Numbered from the stretch's first letter, positions 45,114 through 54,947 are shown. The stretch: 64,000 nt of DNA from an uncultured Ruminococcus sp. (GCA_902800795.1 CADCFQ010000011.1:1154-65153), one strand, 5' to 3'. A program made the numbers and translations. Notes: a model not told the origin generated them from the sequence alone.

Positions 45114-48100
45114 TATTCTTCGTCGTCCTCAAAGAAGCTAAGGGTCATAAGTGCATTTATAGCGGTGTTAAGATAAGCGGTGTCGGTCATCGGCCACTTG
45201 AAGCCAAGGCGGTAAAGCGCCTTTGTGGTGAATGAATTGTCATAGCCTATCATAAACTCGATAGTGTTCTTATCGGACACCTGATAAGCGATAAGCGGAG
45301 AAACTATCGAGCTCTTCTTCTCGTCCGCCATGGCCTCGCTGAACTTCCGGCGGAACTCATCGTCTGTCACAGTCTCAACAGGGATGCCTGCCTCGTTCAT
45401 AGCCTGGATAACGTCGCCTATCTCGATCCTGTGGCTGTTGGTCGCATGGAAGACCGTGAAGCGCTTGTCTGTTCTGGAAAGCGATACCACAGCCTCGGCC
45501 ACCTTGTCGATAGGCGAGAACTCGACCTGCTGGTCAAGAGCCGCCACCGAGATAGCTCCCAGCGCCGCATAGGCTCTGAGCGTCCTCATAAAGCTGTTGG
45601 TGACAAAGTTTATCTGGAACTCGCCGTCGCTGTATCTGCTCATAAGATTGCCGACACGGATTATCTTTGCGTCAAGCCCTCTTTCTGCGGCAGCCTCCAG
45701 CATTGCTTTCTCTGCCTTGAACTTGGTGTGCGTATACTTGTTATCAAGGTTCTGTCCGAAGAACAGCTCGTTCTCGTGGATCACCTTCTCGGCGGGTATG
45801 CTGTTGTTGACACTTGTTCCTGCAATGCTTATAGTGGATATCTGGACAAGTCTTCTGCCTGTCTTTACACAAAGCTCGATAAGGTTTTCCACACCCTGCC
45901 TGTTTATCCTGTCTAGCGTGTCGTCCTGTGCAAAATGCTTGACGCAGGCCGCACAGTTTATGACAGTTCCGAAGTCCAGCTCCTCCAGCGCCATAACACC
46001 GCTAAGGTCGGTTATGTCGCCCTTGACAACTTTGATGCGGCTTCCGAAAAGGTCCTTCATCGGGTTCTCGAAGTAGTACATCAGAAGCAGTCTCAGTCTT
46101 TCTTCTTCCGAGCAGCTGCTTCCTCTTATCAGGCAGTAAACGGTCTTGTCGGTGGTGTCCAGCAGACACTTGAGAACGTGTATCCCCAGATAGCCGGTGG
46201 CGCCTGTGAGAAGGATATCTCCCGTGTCAAAGTCCGTCCTTATCTCTTCAACGAACTGTGCTGTGTTGTGTGCCAGCGCATCGTTTTGGGTGCTCTTATC
46301 GTCCTGTGCTGCGGTGTGGCTTTCTGCCGGAGCGGTTGATTTGATATATTCCTCCATCGACTCAACGGTAGGATAGTCAAACACATCCTTGAAAGCTATC
46401 GGCAGGCTTGCCGCCATAGCCTTTATAGCTATCTTTGAAGCCGACAGCGAGGTGCCGCCCAGCTCAAAGAAGTTCTCGTTTATGCCTATCTGCTGGTTGC
46501 CCAGAGCATAGGAGAATATCTCGCAGAGCGTTTTCTGGAGTTCGTTCTTCGGCGGTATCATCTCACGCTTTTCGTCAAAGCCCTCGGGCTTCGGCAGGCT
46601 CTTCTTATCCACCTTGCCGTTTTTGGTCAGGGGTATAGCATCCAGCTGGATGAACACCGACGGCACCATGTATTTAGCAAGCTTTTTCGAGATATGTGCC
46701 TTGAGCCTTTCCACATCCACCTTCACATCCGCTGTGAAATATGCACAGAGATACTGTCCCTTGCCTTCGTCGTCCCTGACGATAACAACGCTTCGGTTCA
46801 GCGACGGGAAGGTGTTCATAACGTTCTCGATCTCGTCCAGCTCTATCCTGAGTCCCCTCAGCTTGACCTGGTTGTCCATCCTTCCCATAAAGATGATATT
46901 TCCGTCCTCGGCTATCCTTGCAAGGTCGCCGACACGGTAAGCTTTCTTTCCTTTGTAGGTGATATACTTTTCCTTGTTAAGCTTCTCGTTTGCCACATAG
47001 CCGCGTCCCACACCCTCACCGATAATGGTCAGTTCGCCGGGAACATCGACAGGCATCTCGTTGTCATACTTATCCAGCATAACTATCTTGGTGTTGCAAA
47101 GGGCCTTGCCTATGGTTATCCTGCTTGTGGGCAGATAAGCCGTTGTGCAGGCAACGGTGGCTTCGGTGGGGCCGTAGCCGTTATAGAGCTTAGCGGTTAT
47201 GCCTGCGTTCCTTATCTTCTCATAAAGCGGTACAGGAAAGCTCTCGGCGCCAAGCTCAATGGCGTTTAGCTGCCTAAGAGCGCTCACTGCCTGCGGGATG
47301 TCCAGGATGTTGTTCATATAGGACGGTGTGCAGACCATAGCTTCAACACCGTTTTTCTTCATCATCTCGGCCAGCGCCACAGGCGAGTTTATCTCGTCCT
47401 CGCTCGCCATAGCGATAGTGTGTCCGTGATAGAGCGTCAGCGTTTCTTCCAGCACCGACACATCAAAGGTCAGCGCCGCCAGCGCCAGCATCACCTGGCA
47501 GTTATCGACCATACAGGTACACTGAACGTTCACCGGAACATGGTGGACAAAGTTTACCAGCGAATGGTGCTCTATCATAGCGCCCTTGGGGTTGCCGGTG
47601 GAGCCGGAGGTATAGAGACAGTAGCAAAGGTTATCGGGCTTAACATCGGTCTCGGGCTCGCTGGTGTCATCACAAAGGGCACACTGCTCCATAGTTATCA
47701 CTTTTATGTTTGCCGATCTGAAAAGCTCGGCTCTCTCCTTTGCTATCGCATCGGTGGTAACTAAACGCTTGGCACTGGAGTTTTCAAGGATGTATCTTAC
47801 TCTGTCGTCGGGATAATCCGGGGCCATAGGCATAAAGGCGGAGCCAGCCTTCATGATACCCTCACGGGCAGCATAGGCATAAGCCGTCCTCGGCATCATA
47901 ACGCCTATCATCTCGTCTGTCTCACAGCCGTCGTTTATCAGCGTATGAGCAACCCTGTTGGCTTCAATGTTCAGCTCTCTGTAGCTGAGCCTTGTATCTC
48001 CCGAGATAACAGCCGTGGTGTCCGGGTGGAGCCTTACCTGCTCCTCAAAGAGCTTGTTGGCCGTCGTGTGGGGCAGCTCGTGCTCGGTGGCATTGAACTG

Positions 48101-51100
48101 CTCGATAATGGCTCTCTGCCTGTCACTCATGATGCTCACATCACGAAGCTTCTTTTTGAGCGTCAGCTCCTTTGCCGCAGTTATAATACACTCGGTGAAA
48201 CGGCGCATAAAGCCCTCGCTGTACATATCGCTCCTGAATTCAACATCGAACACGGCCTTGCCGCCTGTGATGTAAAGGCACACCGAAACAGGCGCCTTAG
48301 CGTCGCTCAGGTCAAGCATCATCATCTCTGCCGGCTCGCCGCCTATGCTCTCGACGAACATATTTCCGCCCTGATAAACGAACATTATATCCGCAGGCAC
48401 GGACAGCTCTCTTGATATCTCAGCAAAGGAGTAGATATCGTTGTCCATGGAGCGTAGGAGCTGTTCGCCTGTCTTTGTTATAAAGTCGCTGACAGCTGTG
48501 TCTCCGCCGAGCTCACAGTAAACGGGCAGGGTCTTTACAAGCATAGTTATGCTCCTTGCAAGTCTGCTGTCGCTCCTGCCGTTGTAGATAGTGGTATATA
48601 CGGCTTCTTCCTTATAGCTGTACTTTCCAAGCACGAAAGCAAAGGCCGCATTGAAGAAAGCATTCTGGGTGGTACCCAGCTGCCTGCAAAAATCTCCTAT
48701 GCTCTCAAGGTCAAGGTCTGACTCCATACGGAAGTGTCCGCTCTTTGGTTCTTCGCCGTTTTCGTCTCCTGACGGCATAAGCTCGGTGTCGGCGCCTTCA
48801 AATATCTCCTTGAAATAAGCCTTCGCCTTTTCATAGCCCTCGCCGCTGCGTGCCTTCTGCTCGTCAAGCGCCGCCTCAAAGCCCGAATAGCTCTCGGGGG
48901 TCAGCTTCTCGCCGGCATAGGCCTTGTTTATGTCCTCCATCAAAACCTTGCCGCTCTCGCCGTCGCTGATGATGTGGTGAGTTTCAAGAAAGAGATAGTT
49001 TGCATCATCTGTTTCAAATATCTTCGCTCTGAAAAGCTCGCCGTCGATAAGCTCGAATGGAACAGAGATCTGCTCCGGCAGCTTTTCGGCTCTTATGACT
49101 TCGACTTCAAAAGGCGCATCGTCCTGTCTTCTGGCTCTTATGTCGCCCTCGTCATTCAAAAACAGCGTGGTCTTAAGATATGGGTGAGCGTCCGCTGCCG
49201 CTTCAACAGCGGCCTTGAGCTTTTCAAGGTCAATCTTGTCGGAGAGCCTGAACAGGAAGGGTATGTTATAAACTGTGGAGCCAGGCTTTGCCGCGCACTC
49301 TGCAAAGATACCGCTCTGCGTAAAGGTGATAGGATAGTCCGCAAGCTTCTCATAAGCGCTTTCGGCCTTGCAGTCGGAGAACAGCTTTTCAAGCTCCTCG
49401 ACGGTCTTGTGCGTTCTCAGGTCCTTACTGTTTACAGGCACGCCGAACTCATTTGAGAGCAGGACATTGAGCTTTATCGAGCCTATGGAAGTTAGGCCTG
49501 CCTCAAAGATATCTGTGGTTATGCCAAAGTCATTGTTTCCGATAGCCTTTGCGACACAGTCAAAGATGCGCTTTTGCATCTCGTTTTGGACAGGCACTAT
49601 CTCGGCGGCCTTTTTCTCGGGAACGGGAAGAGCACGCTTGTTGACCTTCTGGTTCTGGTTGAGGGGTATGCTGTCTATCTGCATCATAACAGCAGGCACC
49701 ATGTAAGCAGGCTTTGTCTCCATGATATGCTCTGCGAGCCTGTCGGTGTCTATCTTCTCATCGGATACAAGGTATGCCGCAATGAACTTGCCTCCTGCCG
49801 GGTCATCAAAGGCCTGGACGGTAGCGTCCTTTATCCCGCCAAAGGTCCTGATAACGCCCTCGACCTCGCTCAGCTCTATCCTGAAGCCTCTTATCTTCAC
49901 CTGACCGTCGGCTCTTCCGACGATATCGAGCCTGCCGTCATCAAGAAAACGCACGATATCTCCCGTGCGGTAAGCTCTCTCATAGCCGTCCTCATCGGTA
50001 AAGGGGTTTCTGATAAACACCTTCTCTGTCTGTTCAGGGCGGTTAAGATATCCTCTGCCCACCTGCTCGCCGGCAATTATAAGCTCGCCGGGAGCGCCGA
50101 AGGGGACTCTCCTCATCTGCTTGTCAACAACATAGCATTTAAGGTTCTCGTTCACCTTACCGATAGGCACTCTGTCATAGAGCCTGTCAACAACGGTGCT
50201 GTTTGTAAATATCGTACACTCGGTGGGACCGTAGATGTTCAGGAATTCAATGTTCTTCGGCGGCTCAACGGGGACAAGCTTCTCGCCGCCTGTTGTGAGT
50301 ATTAGAGGATTCTTAGCGTCAGCAAACATCTCCGCATACTGTCTGCCCACCTGGGTGGTCATAAAGCCGTGGGTGATGCCGTTTGACTCAAAATAGCTTC
50401 TCAGCGCCAGCAGGTCGAGCCTTATCTCCTCCGGGATGATGTGGAGCTGTCCGCCGCTTGTGAGCATGGGATAGGTGTCCAGCATATGCGCATCAAAGCC
50501 GAAGCTCGCATAGGTCATAGCACGGCTGTTCTCATCAGTGGGGAAGAGGTGCTTATAGAATGCACAGTAAGCGCAAAGATTGCGGTGCTCGAGGATAACG
50601 CCCTTGGGCACGCCGGTGGAGCCCGAGGTATAGAGGATGATGAAAATGTCCTCGGGGTCGGGAACTATATCAAGCTTTTCGCTGTCGGGGAGCGAGGGTA
50701 TCTCATCTGTGAACAGGACATCACCCTCATAGTCTCCCACCTTGTCAAGCAGCGAGCGGTCAGCTATCATGACCTTTGCCGAGGTGTCCTTGACCATGAA
50801 GCTGAGTCTCTCCGGCGGATAGGACGCATCAAGGGGCTGATAGCCTGCGCCTGCCTTCAGAACGCCCAGGGCGGCGATAGTCATGTATTCGCATCTTGGT
50901 ATGATAATAGGTACGATATCGCCCTTTTTGACGCCCCTTCTCACAAGCTCCGCCGCTATGTTTTCTGACAGCCTGTCCACCTCACGGTAGGTAAACCTCT
51001 TGCTTGAAAACACAACGCAGATGTTGTCGGGGAATTTTTCGGCGCTTCTTCTGAAAAGCGTTACCATATCGGTGCGCTCATAGTCAAAGGCGTTGTCGTT

Positions 51101-52348
51101 GAACTTGTCGAGCTGCTGTCTCTGCCTGTCGCAGAGCATATCTATCTCTCCGAAGGTCTCAGCATTTATCATAGCGCCAAGTACCTTGTCGAAGCTTTCG
51201 AGCATATCATAAACAAGAGCATCGTTATACTGTGACAGGTCATAAAGGGCGTGAGCGGAAAAGCTGTTGCCGTGTCTCCTTACTGTCAGCTCAAAAACGT
51301 TCTTCGGGTCACGGCTGTTGTGAAGCTCAAACTCAGCCTCTGCGCCGCAGAATTCAAACCTGTTGAAAAGGTCTCCCTGATAGCCGAACAGCACCGAGGG
51401 AGTAACGCCTGTCTCCGAGCAGAGGTCGGCATAGGAGTAAAGGCTGTTCTGACGGCAGAGGGTGGTCTGCCTGTCAAGGGTGGCGAGCGTGTCGCCTATC
51501 TTTGTGCTGTCTTTTATCTCTGCAAGCACAGGCAGAGTCTTTACAAACATACCCACGGTGTCCGAAAGGCGCTCATCACGGCCGTTGAACACATTCGAGA
51601 ATATCACCTGTTCGCTTCCGGAAAAGCCAGAGAGCAGATAAGCAAAGGCTGTGTTCATAACGGTGCTGAGGCGCACACCCCACTTTTTGGCAAGGCTCTT
51701 GAGCTCGTCCGAGCCGACGCTCTTTATCTCATAGGCAAGCTCCTGCGCTCCTCGGCTGCGCTCATTCTTGTCGGTGTAAAAGGCTGTGTCGCCGCTTGCG
51801 TCCCCAAACTCGGAAAGATACAACTGCTTCTGTCTTTCAAACTCCTCTGTCTGTGACATCTCCTGCTCATAGACCGCAAAGTCATTTGCGGTGAAGCTTT
51901 CCGCTTCAAGAGCCTCGCCGTTATACGCCCTGTTGATATCCCTGAAGAAGGGGGCAGCACTGGAGCCGTCAAAGATGATATGGTGTATGTCGACAAACAA
52001 GAAGTTATCCTCCGCAGTCCTGATGATACAGCAGCGGATAAGCTCATCGTTATGCAGATCGAACACCCTGACAAACTCGTATGGGTCAAAAACATCACGC
52101 TCATAAACAGGGATATCAAGCTTAAACTCACGCTGATATTTATAGATATCTCCGTTCTCATCCGCAGCAAAGCCGGTCTTGAGATAAGCGTGGGCATCCA
52201 CAGCAGCCCTGACCGCCCCTGTCAGCCTGTCAGGCTCTGTGCTCTTATGAAGCTTTATGGTCAGCGGCAGGTTATAGGCCGTATCCTGGGTGGATGTCTG
52301 CTCGATATAAATGCCGTACTCGGTTTTTGAAAGCGGATATCTTTTCAT
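45113..52348 (-). CDS. two-module non-ribosomal peptide synthetase with terminal thioester reductase (C-A-T-C-A-T-R)
   Basis: About 2411 aa from ATG 52348 (GAGGTG RBS). C1 has HHIIFDGSS (about 51104-52348). A1 has LYTSGSTGVPKG, YRTGD and GRADGQVKIRG (about 49604-51061). T1 has FEAGLTSIGS (about 49379-49591). C2 has HHIISDGES (about 48119-49351). A2 has LYTSGSTGNPKG, YRVGD and GRMDNQVKLRG (about 46574-48076). T2 has FFELGGTSLS (about 46349-46561). R has LLTGATGYLG and YTHTK (about 45116-46231). Confidence 0.93.
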   Translation of the reverse strand: MKRYPLSKTEYGIYIEQTSTQDTAYNLPLTIKLHKSTEPDRLTGAVRAAVDAHAYLKTGFAADENGDIYKYQREFKLDIPVYERDVFDPYEFVRVFDLHNDELIRCCIIRTAEDNFLFVDIHHIIFDGSSAAPFFRDINRAYNGEALEAESFTANDFAVYEQEMSQTEEFERQKQLYLSEFGDASGDTAFYTDKNERSRGAQELAYEIKSVGSDELKSLAKKWGVRLSTVMNTAFAYLLSGFSGSEQVIFSNVFNGRDERLSDTVGMFVKTLPVLAEIKDSTKIGDTLATLDRQTTLCRQNSLYSYADLCSETGVTPSVLFGYQGDLFNRFEFCGAEAEFELHNSRDPKNVFELTVRRHGNSFSAHALYDLSQYNDALVYDMLESFDKVLGAMINAETFGEIDMLCDRQRQQLDKFNDNAFDYERTDMVTLFRRSAEKFPDNICVVFSSKRFTYREVDRLSENIAAELVRRGVKKGDIVPIIIPRCEYMTIAALGVLKAGAGYQPLDASYPPERLSFMVKDTSAKVMIADRSLLDKVGDYEGDVLFTDEIPSLPDSEKLDIVPDPEDIFIILYTSGSTGVPKGVILEHRNLCAYCAFYKHLFPTDENSRAMTYASFGFDAHMLDTYPMLTSGGQLHIIPEEIRLDLLALRSYFESNGITHGFMTTQVGRQYAEMFADAKNPLILTTGGEKLVPVEPPKNIEFLNIYGPTECTIFTNSTVVDRLYDRVPIGKVNENLKCYVVDKQMRRVPFGAPGELIIAGEQVGRGYLNRPEQTEKVFIRNPFTDEDGYERAYRTGDIVRFLDDGRLDIVGRADGQVKIRGFRIELSEVEGVIRTFGGIKDATVQAFDDPAGGKFIAAYLVSDEKIDTDRLAEHIMETKPAYMVPAVMMQIDSIPLNQNQKVNKRALPVPEKKAAEIVPVQNEMQKRIFDCVAKAIGNNDFGITTDIFEAGLTSIGSIKLNVLLSNEFGVPVNSKDLRTHKTVEELEKLFSDCKAESAYEKLADYPITFTQSGIFAECAAKPGSTVYNIPFLFRLSDKIDLEKLKAAVEAAADAHPYLKTTLFLNDEGDIRARRQDDAPFEVEVIRAEKLPEQISVPFELIDGELFRAKIFETDDANYLFLETHHIISDGESGKVLMEDINKAYAGEKLTPESYSGFEAALDEQKARSGEGYEKAKAYFKEIFEGADTELMPSGDENGEEPKSGHFRMESDLDLESIGDFCRQLGTTQNAFFNAAFAFVLGKYSYKEEAVYTTIYNGRSDSRLARSITMLVKTLPVYCELGGDTAVSDFITKTGEQLLRSMDNDIYSFAEISRELSVPADIMFVYQGGNMFVESIGGEPAEMMMLDLSDAKAPVSVCLYITGGKAVFDVEFRSDMYSEGFMRRFTECIITAAKELTLKKKLRDVSIMSDRQRAIIEQFNATEHELPHTTANKLFEEQVRLHPDTTAVISGDTRLSYRELNIEANRVAHTLINDGCETDEMIGVMMPRTAYAYAAREGIMKAGSAFMPMAPDYPDDRVRYILENSSAKRLVTTDAIAKERAELFRSANIKVITMEQCALCDDTSEPETDVKPDNLCYCLYTSGSTGNPKGAMIEHHSLVNFVHHVPVNVQCTCMVDNCQVMLALAALTFDVSVLEETLTLYHGHTIAMASEDEINSPVALAEMMKKNGVEAMVCTPSYMNNILDIPQAVSALRQLNAIELGAESFPVPLYEKIRNAGITAKLYNGYGPTEATVACTTAYLPTSRITIGKALCNTKIVMLDKYDNEMPVDVPGELTIIGEGVGRGYVANEKLNKEKYITYKGKKAYRVGDLARIAEDGNIIFMGRMDNQVKLRGLRIELDEIENVMNTFPSLNRSVVIVRDDEGKGQYLCAYFTADVKVDVERLKAHISKKLAKYMVPSVFIQLDAIPLTKNGKVDKKSLPKPEGFDEKREMIPPKNELQKTLCEIFSYALGNQQIGINENFFELGGTSLSASKIAIKAMAASLPIAFKDVFDYPTVESMEEYIKSTAPAESHTAAQDDKSTQNDALAHNTAQFVEEIRTDFDTGDILLTGATGYLGIHVLKCLLDTTDKTVYCLIRGSSCSEEERLRLLLMYYFENPMKDLFGSRIKVVKGDITDLSGVMALEELDFGTVINCAACVKHFAQDDTLDRINRQGVENLIELCVKTGRRLVQISTISIAGTSVNNSIPAEKVIHENELFFGQNLDNKYTHTKFKAEKAMLEAAAERGLDAKIIRVGNLMSRYSDGEFQINFVTNSFMRTLRAYAALGAISVAALDQQVEFSPIDKVAEAVVSLSRTDKRFTVFHATNSHRIEIGDVIQAMNEAGIPVETVTDDEFRRKFSEAMADEKKSSIVSPLIAYQVSDKNTIEFMIGYDNSFTTKALYRLGFKWPMTDTAYLNTAINALMTLSFFEDDEE

Positions 52349-52411
52349 TTTTATCACCTCATAAAGGAAGCTTTTATTCTCCGCCGGCTGTGCCGGGTCA
52401 TTACATCTATC

Positions 52412-52440
52412 ATTATAACACAATTATTAAATGAATGCAA
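52412..52440 (-). promoter_or_regulatory. sigma-A type promoter of the NRPS gene
   Basis: Minus strand TTGCAT (52435-52440), 17-nt spacer, TATAAT (52412-52417). Confidence 0.6.
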
Positions 52441-52541
52441 CAGTTTTATTAAATTTGTGCAGATTATTTTATGCAAATTAACTGATTTGGGCTTCCTTAT
52501 CAGCAGATCAGGAGCTGTCAGGATTTTTGAGCGATTTTCAC

Positions 52542-52570
52542 TTGACAAGGCGGGCGATATGTGATAAAAT
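52542..52570 (+). promoter_or_regulatory. sigma-A type promoter of tRNA-Leu
   Basis: TTGACA (52542-52547), 17-nt spacer, TAAAAT (52565-52570). The tRNA starts 10 nt downstream. Confidence 0.7.
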
Positions 52571-52579
52571 TAACAATAT

Positions 52580-52660
52580 GCGGGTATGGCGGAATTGGCA
52601 GACGCGATAGATTTAGGTTCTATTGGCAACACCGTGCAGGTTCAAGTCCTGTTACCCGCA
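52580..52660 (+). tRNA. tRNA-Leu (anticodon UAG)
   Basis: Cloverleaf by hand: acceptor GCGGGTA/TACCCGC plus discriminator A, anticodon stem ATAGA/TCTAT with loop TTTAGGT, long variable arm, and T-arm GCAGG-TTCAAGT-CCTGT. No encoded CCA. Confidence 0.9.
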
Positions 52661-52672
52661 CTGAAGTTTTAG

Positions 52673-52712
52673 ACTCTCAAATGACGTATTTACGTTGTTT
52701 GGGAGTTTTTTG
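52673..52712 (+). terminator. Rho-independent terminator after tRNA-Leu
   Basis: Hairpin ACTCTCAAAtgACGTA-ttt-TACGTtgTTTGGGAGT followed by a T6 run. Its 3' arm is part of the 19-nt direct repeat at 52696-52714. Confidence 0.75.
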
Positions 52713-52733
52713 TTGATGTGTGCTATATAAAGA

Positions 52734-52768
52734 ACCCCTATTCCTGCCTGATAACAGGGATAGGGGAT
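52734..52768 (-). terminator. Rho-independent terminator of the amino-sugar cassette
   Basis: Minus-strand hairpin ATCCCCTAT-ccctgttatcaggcagga-ATAGGGGTT followed by CTTTATAT. Confidence 0.65.
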
Positions 52769-52809
52769 CGTCTTTATCCGGTATTCTTTTCAGCAGCTGT
52801 AGAACTTGT

Positions 52810-53814
52810 TTACTGCTTCTGAGACCACAGCTCGTCAAAGCGTTTGAGCTCTTGTTCTTTCTTGTAGTCTTTAAGATAATCTAAAAACCTGTACTGCGGT
52901 TCATAGCCTAGCTCGTTTCTGGCGTTCTGTATATCCATAACGAAGCTGACAAAAGAATCCTTCTCGGGTCTTTCAATTATGCGCACCTTTTCAGGGCAAG
53001 GAGAGAACACTTTTATATATCCCTCGATCTGTTCTCTGAGAGTAGTCCTCACGCCTGTGCCTGCGTTATATGTTCCGCCATCAATATCGGCTGTCAGTGC
53101 CTTTTTCATCATCTGACATAGATCCTTGACATATAGGATGTCCTTGAAAGCATCAGGATCTCCCCAGAGCTCAATATCCTCTCCGTTTGCTGCTTTGTCT
53201 ATCATACGGCGGTAACCTATAGGCTTTTCGATGCCGTCAACAAAATAGCTCTTCTGAGGAGCGTACATATAAACATTAGGAAGCCTGAACACGAAATCCT
53301 TTACCCCGTATTCCTCCTTGTAAAACCGCATGGAGTCAGCCACCATCGCCTTTGTTACAGAATAAAAAGCATGATCCCCGCTATATATCAGTTTTCTTGG
53401 CAGTCCTGGGGACAGTACCTGTGTTTTGCCCCAGTATCCGGCCTGTTCGGCCCAGGTCTGGGTATAAAGCACACGGTCGGCTCCGCACTTTCTTGCATAT
53501 TCCATTATCCTTATACTGCCGCTTATATTTGTATCTATATAGGCAAAGGGATCAAAACCGCTGAAATATGCCGGCAGAAGTCCGGTAAGGTTCACTGCGG
53601 CAAAAACACCATCAAAAGGAAGCTTATCAAAGTCATCGGCATTTCGTACATCCAGCCGGATATATCTTAGAGGGTATTTATCAAAATGATCCGTCTTTCT
53701 CCTTCCAACGGCAATGATCTCATAATCAGAATTACTGAGTTCATTATAAAGGCAGTCGGTTAGGTAGGCACCTATGTAACCTGTCGCACCGAAAATCACA
53801 ATCTTTTTCATCAA
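52810..53814 (-). CDS. NAD-dependent epimerase/dehydratase-family SDR (sugar-nucleotide modifying)
   Basis: 334 aa. Rossmann motif IVIFGATGYIGAY and catalytic YSVTK (YxxxK). Overlaps the upstream gene by 4 nt (operon). Confidence 0.85.
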   Translation of the reverse strand: MMKKIVIFGATGYIGAYLTDCLYNELSNSDYEIIAVGRRKTDHFDKYPLRYIRLDVRNADDFDKLPFDGVFAAVNLTGLLPAYFSGFDPFAYIDTNISGSIRIMEYARKCGADRVLYTQTWAEQAGYWGKTQVLSPGLPRKLIYSGDHAFYSVTKAMVADSMRFYKEEYGVKDFVFRLPNVYMYAPQKSYFVDGIEKPIGYRRMIDKAANGEDIELWGDPDAFKDILYVKDLCQMMKKALTADIDGGTYNAGTGVRTTLREQIEGYIKVFSPCPEKVRIIERPEKDSFVSFVMDIQNARNELGYEPQYRFLDYLKDYKKEQELKRFDELWSQKQ

Positions 53815-54947
53815 AACTCCTTATCAAAGAATTCTAAAATCTTAGCAATCACTTTGTCTGAATCACTGTCCGAAATACCATAGAACATCGGCAGCCTGAC
53901 AAGTCTCTCGCTCTCTTTTGTAGTATACCGATCTTCGCCTGCAAATCTTCCGTATTTTAAACCGGCAGGTGCTGAATGAAGCGGAACATAGTGGAACACT
54001 GTCTGTATACCGTTATCCTTCATAAAAGAGATAAACTCTGTCCTGCTCTCAAGATCGGGCAGCTTGATATAAAACATATGAGCATTATGTGTGCATTCTC
54101 CGGGTATCACCGGAAGCTCAGTCAGACCGGCTTCGGCCAGCGGCTTCAGCGCCTGATAATACTTGTTCCAGGAAGCAAGTCTGTTATTGTTTATCTGATC
54201 AGCTACTTCCAGCTGTGCCCACAAATATGCGGCATTCAGATCTGACGGCAAATAGCTGTCTCCAAAATCTACCCAGGAGTATTTATCGACCTGACCCCGG
54301 AAAAACTTAGATCTGTTAGTTCCTTTCTCACGCAGTATCTCGGCTTTTTCAATGTATTCTTCTTTGTTGATAACAATAGCGCCGCCTTCGCCCATAGAAT
54401 AATTCTTAGTCTCGTGGAAAGAATAGCATCCAAAATCACCTATTGTTCCAAGAGCCTTGCCTTTATAGGAACTCATAACACCTTGAGCTGCATCTTCAAC
54501 GACCATAAGATCATAGCGTTTGGCAATGTCCATTATCGTATCCATCTCACAGGAAACGCCGGCATAATGAACAGGGATTATCGCCTTGGTTTTATCTGTG
54601 ATAGCTGCTTCTATCTTTTTTTCATCGATATTCATAGTATCAGGGCGAATATCAACAAAAACCAGTTTTGCACCAACAAGCACAGCAGCATTTGCGGTGC
54701 TTGAAAAAGTATAGCTCGGAAGAATTACCTCGTCGCCCGGTTTTATCCCGCAAAGCATCATTGCCATATCAAGAGCAGTTGAACCGCTTGTTGTAAGCAT
54801 TACCTTTTTAGCGTTAAAACGCTTTTCCATCCAGGCATCGCACTGTTTGGTAAACTTACCGTCTCCGCATATCTTGTGGGATTCGATCGCTTGCTTCATA
54901 TAATCAAACTCTGTACCTACAAACGGAGCAGCATTGAACGTAATCAT
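53811..54947 (-). CDS. wecE: DegT/DnrJ/EryC1-family PLP aminotransferase, WecE-like (dTDP-4-amino-4,6-dideoxyhexose transaminase)
   Basis: 378 aa. The N-terminus FNAAPFVGTEFDYMKQAIESHKICGDGKFTKQC, LPSYTFSSTANA, FHETKNYSMGEGG (PLP Lys) and REKGTNRSKFFRGQVDKYSWVD follow the WecE/RffA pattern closely as I remember it. Confidence 0.85.
   Translation of the reverse strand: MITFNAAPFVGTEFDYMKQAIESHKICGDGKFTKQCDAWMEKRFNAKKVMLTTSGSTALDMAMMLCGIKPGDEVILPSYTFSSTANAAVLVGAKLVFVDIRPDTMNIDEKKIEAAITDKTKAIIPVHYAGVSCEMDTIMDIAKRYDLMVVEDAAQGVMSSYKGKALGTIGDFGCYSFHETKNYSMGEGGAIVINKEEYIEKAEILREKGTNRSKFFRGQVDKYSWVDFGDSYLPSDLNAAYLWAQLEVADQINNNRLASWNKYYQALKPLAEAGLTELPVIPGECTHNAHMFYIKLPDLESRTEFISFMKDNGIQTVFHYVPLHSAPAGLKYGRFAGEDRYTTKESERLVRLPMFYGISDSDSDKVIAKILEFFDKEF

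Noticed and set aside
52354-52548. 64-aa minus-strand ORF immediately upstream of the NRPS start, considered as a possible leader peptide or MbtH-like gene.
   Set aside because: It begins upstream of the predicted NRPS promoter (52412-52440) and overlaps the tRNA-Leu promoter. It has no RBS and no MbtH signature (no conserved Trp pattern).
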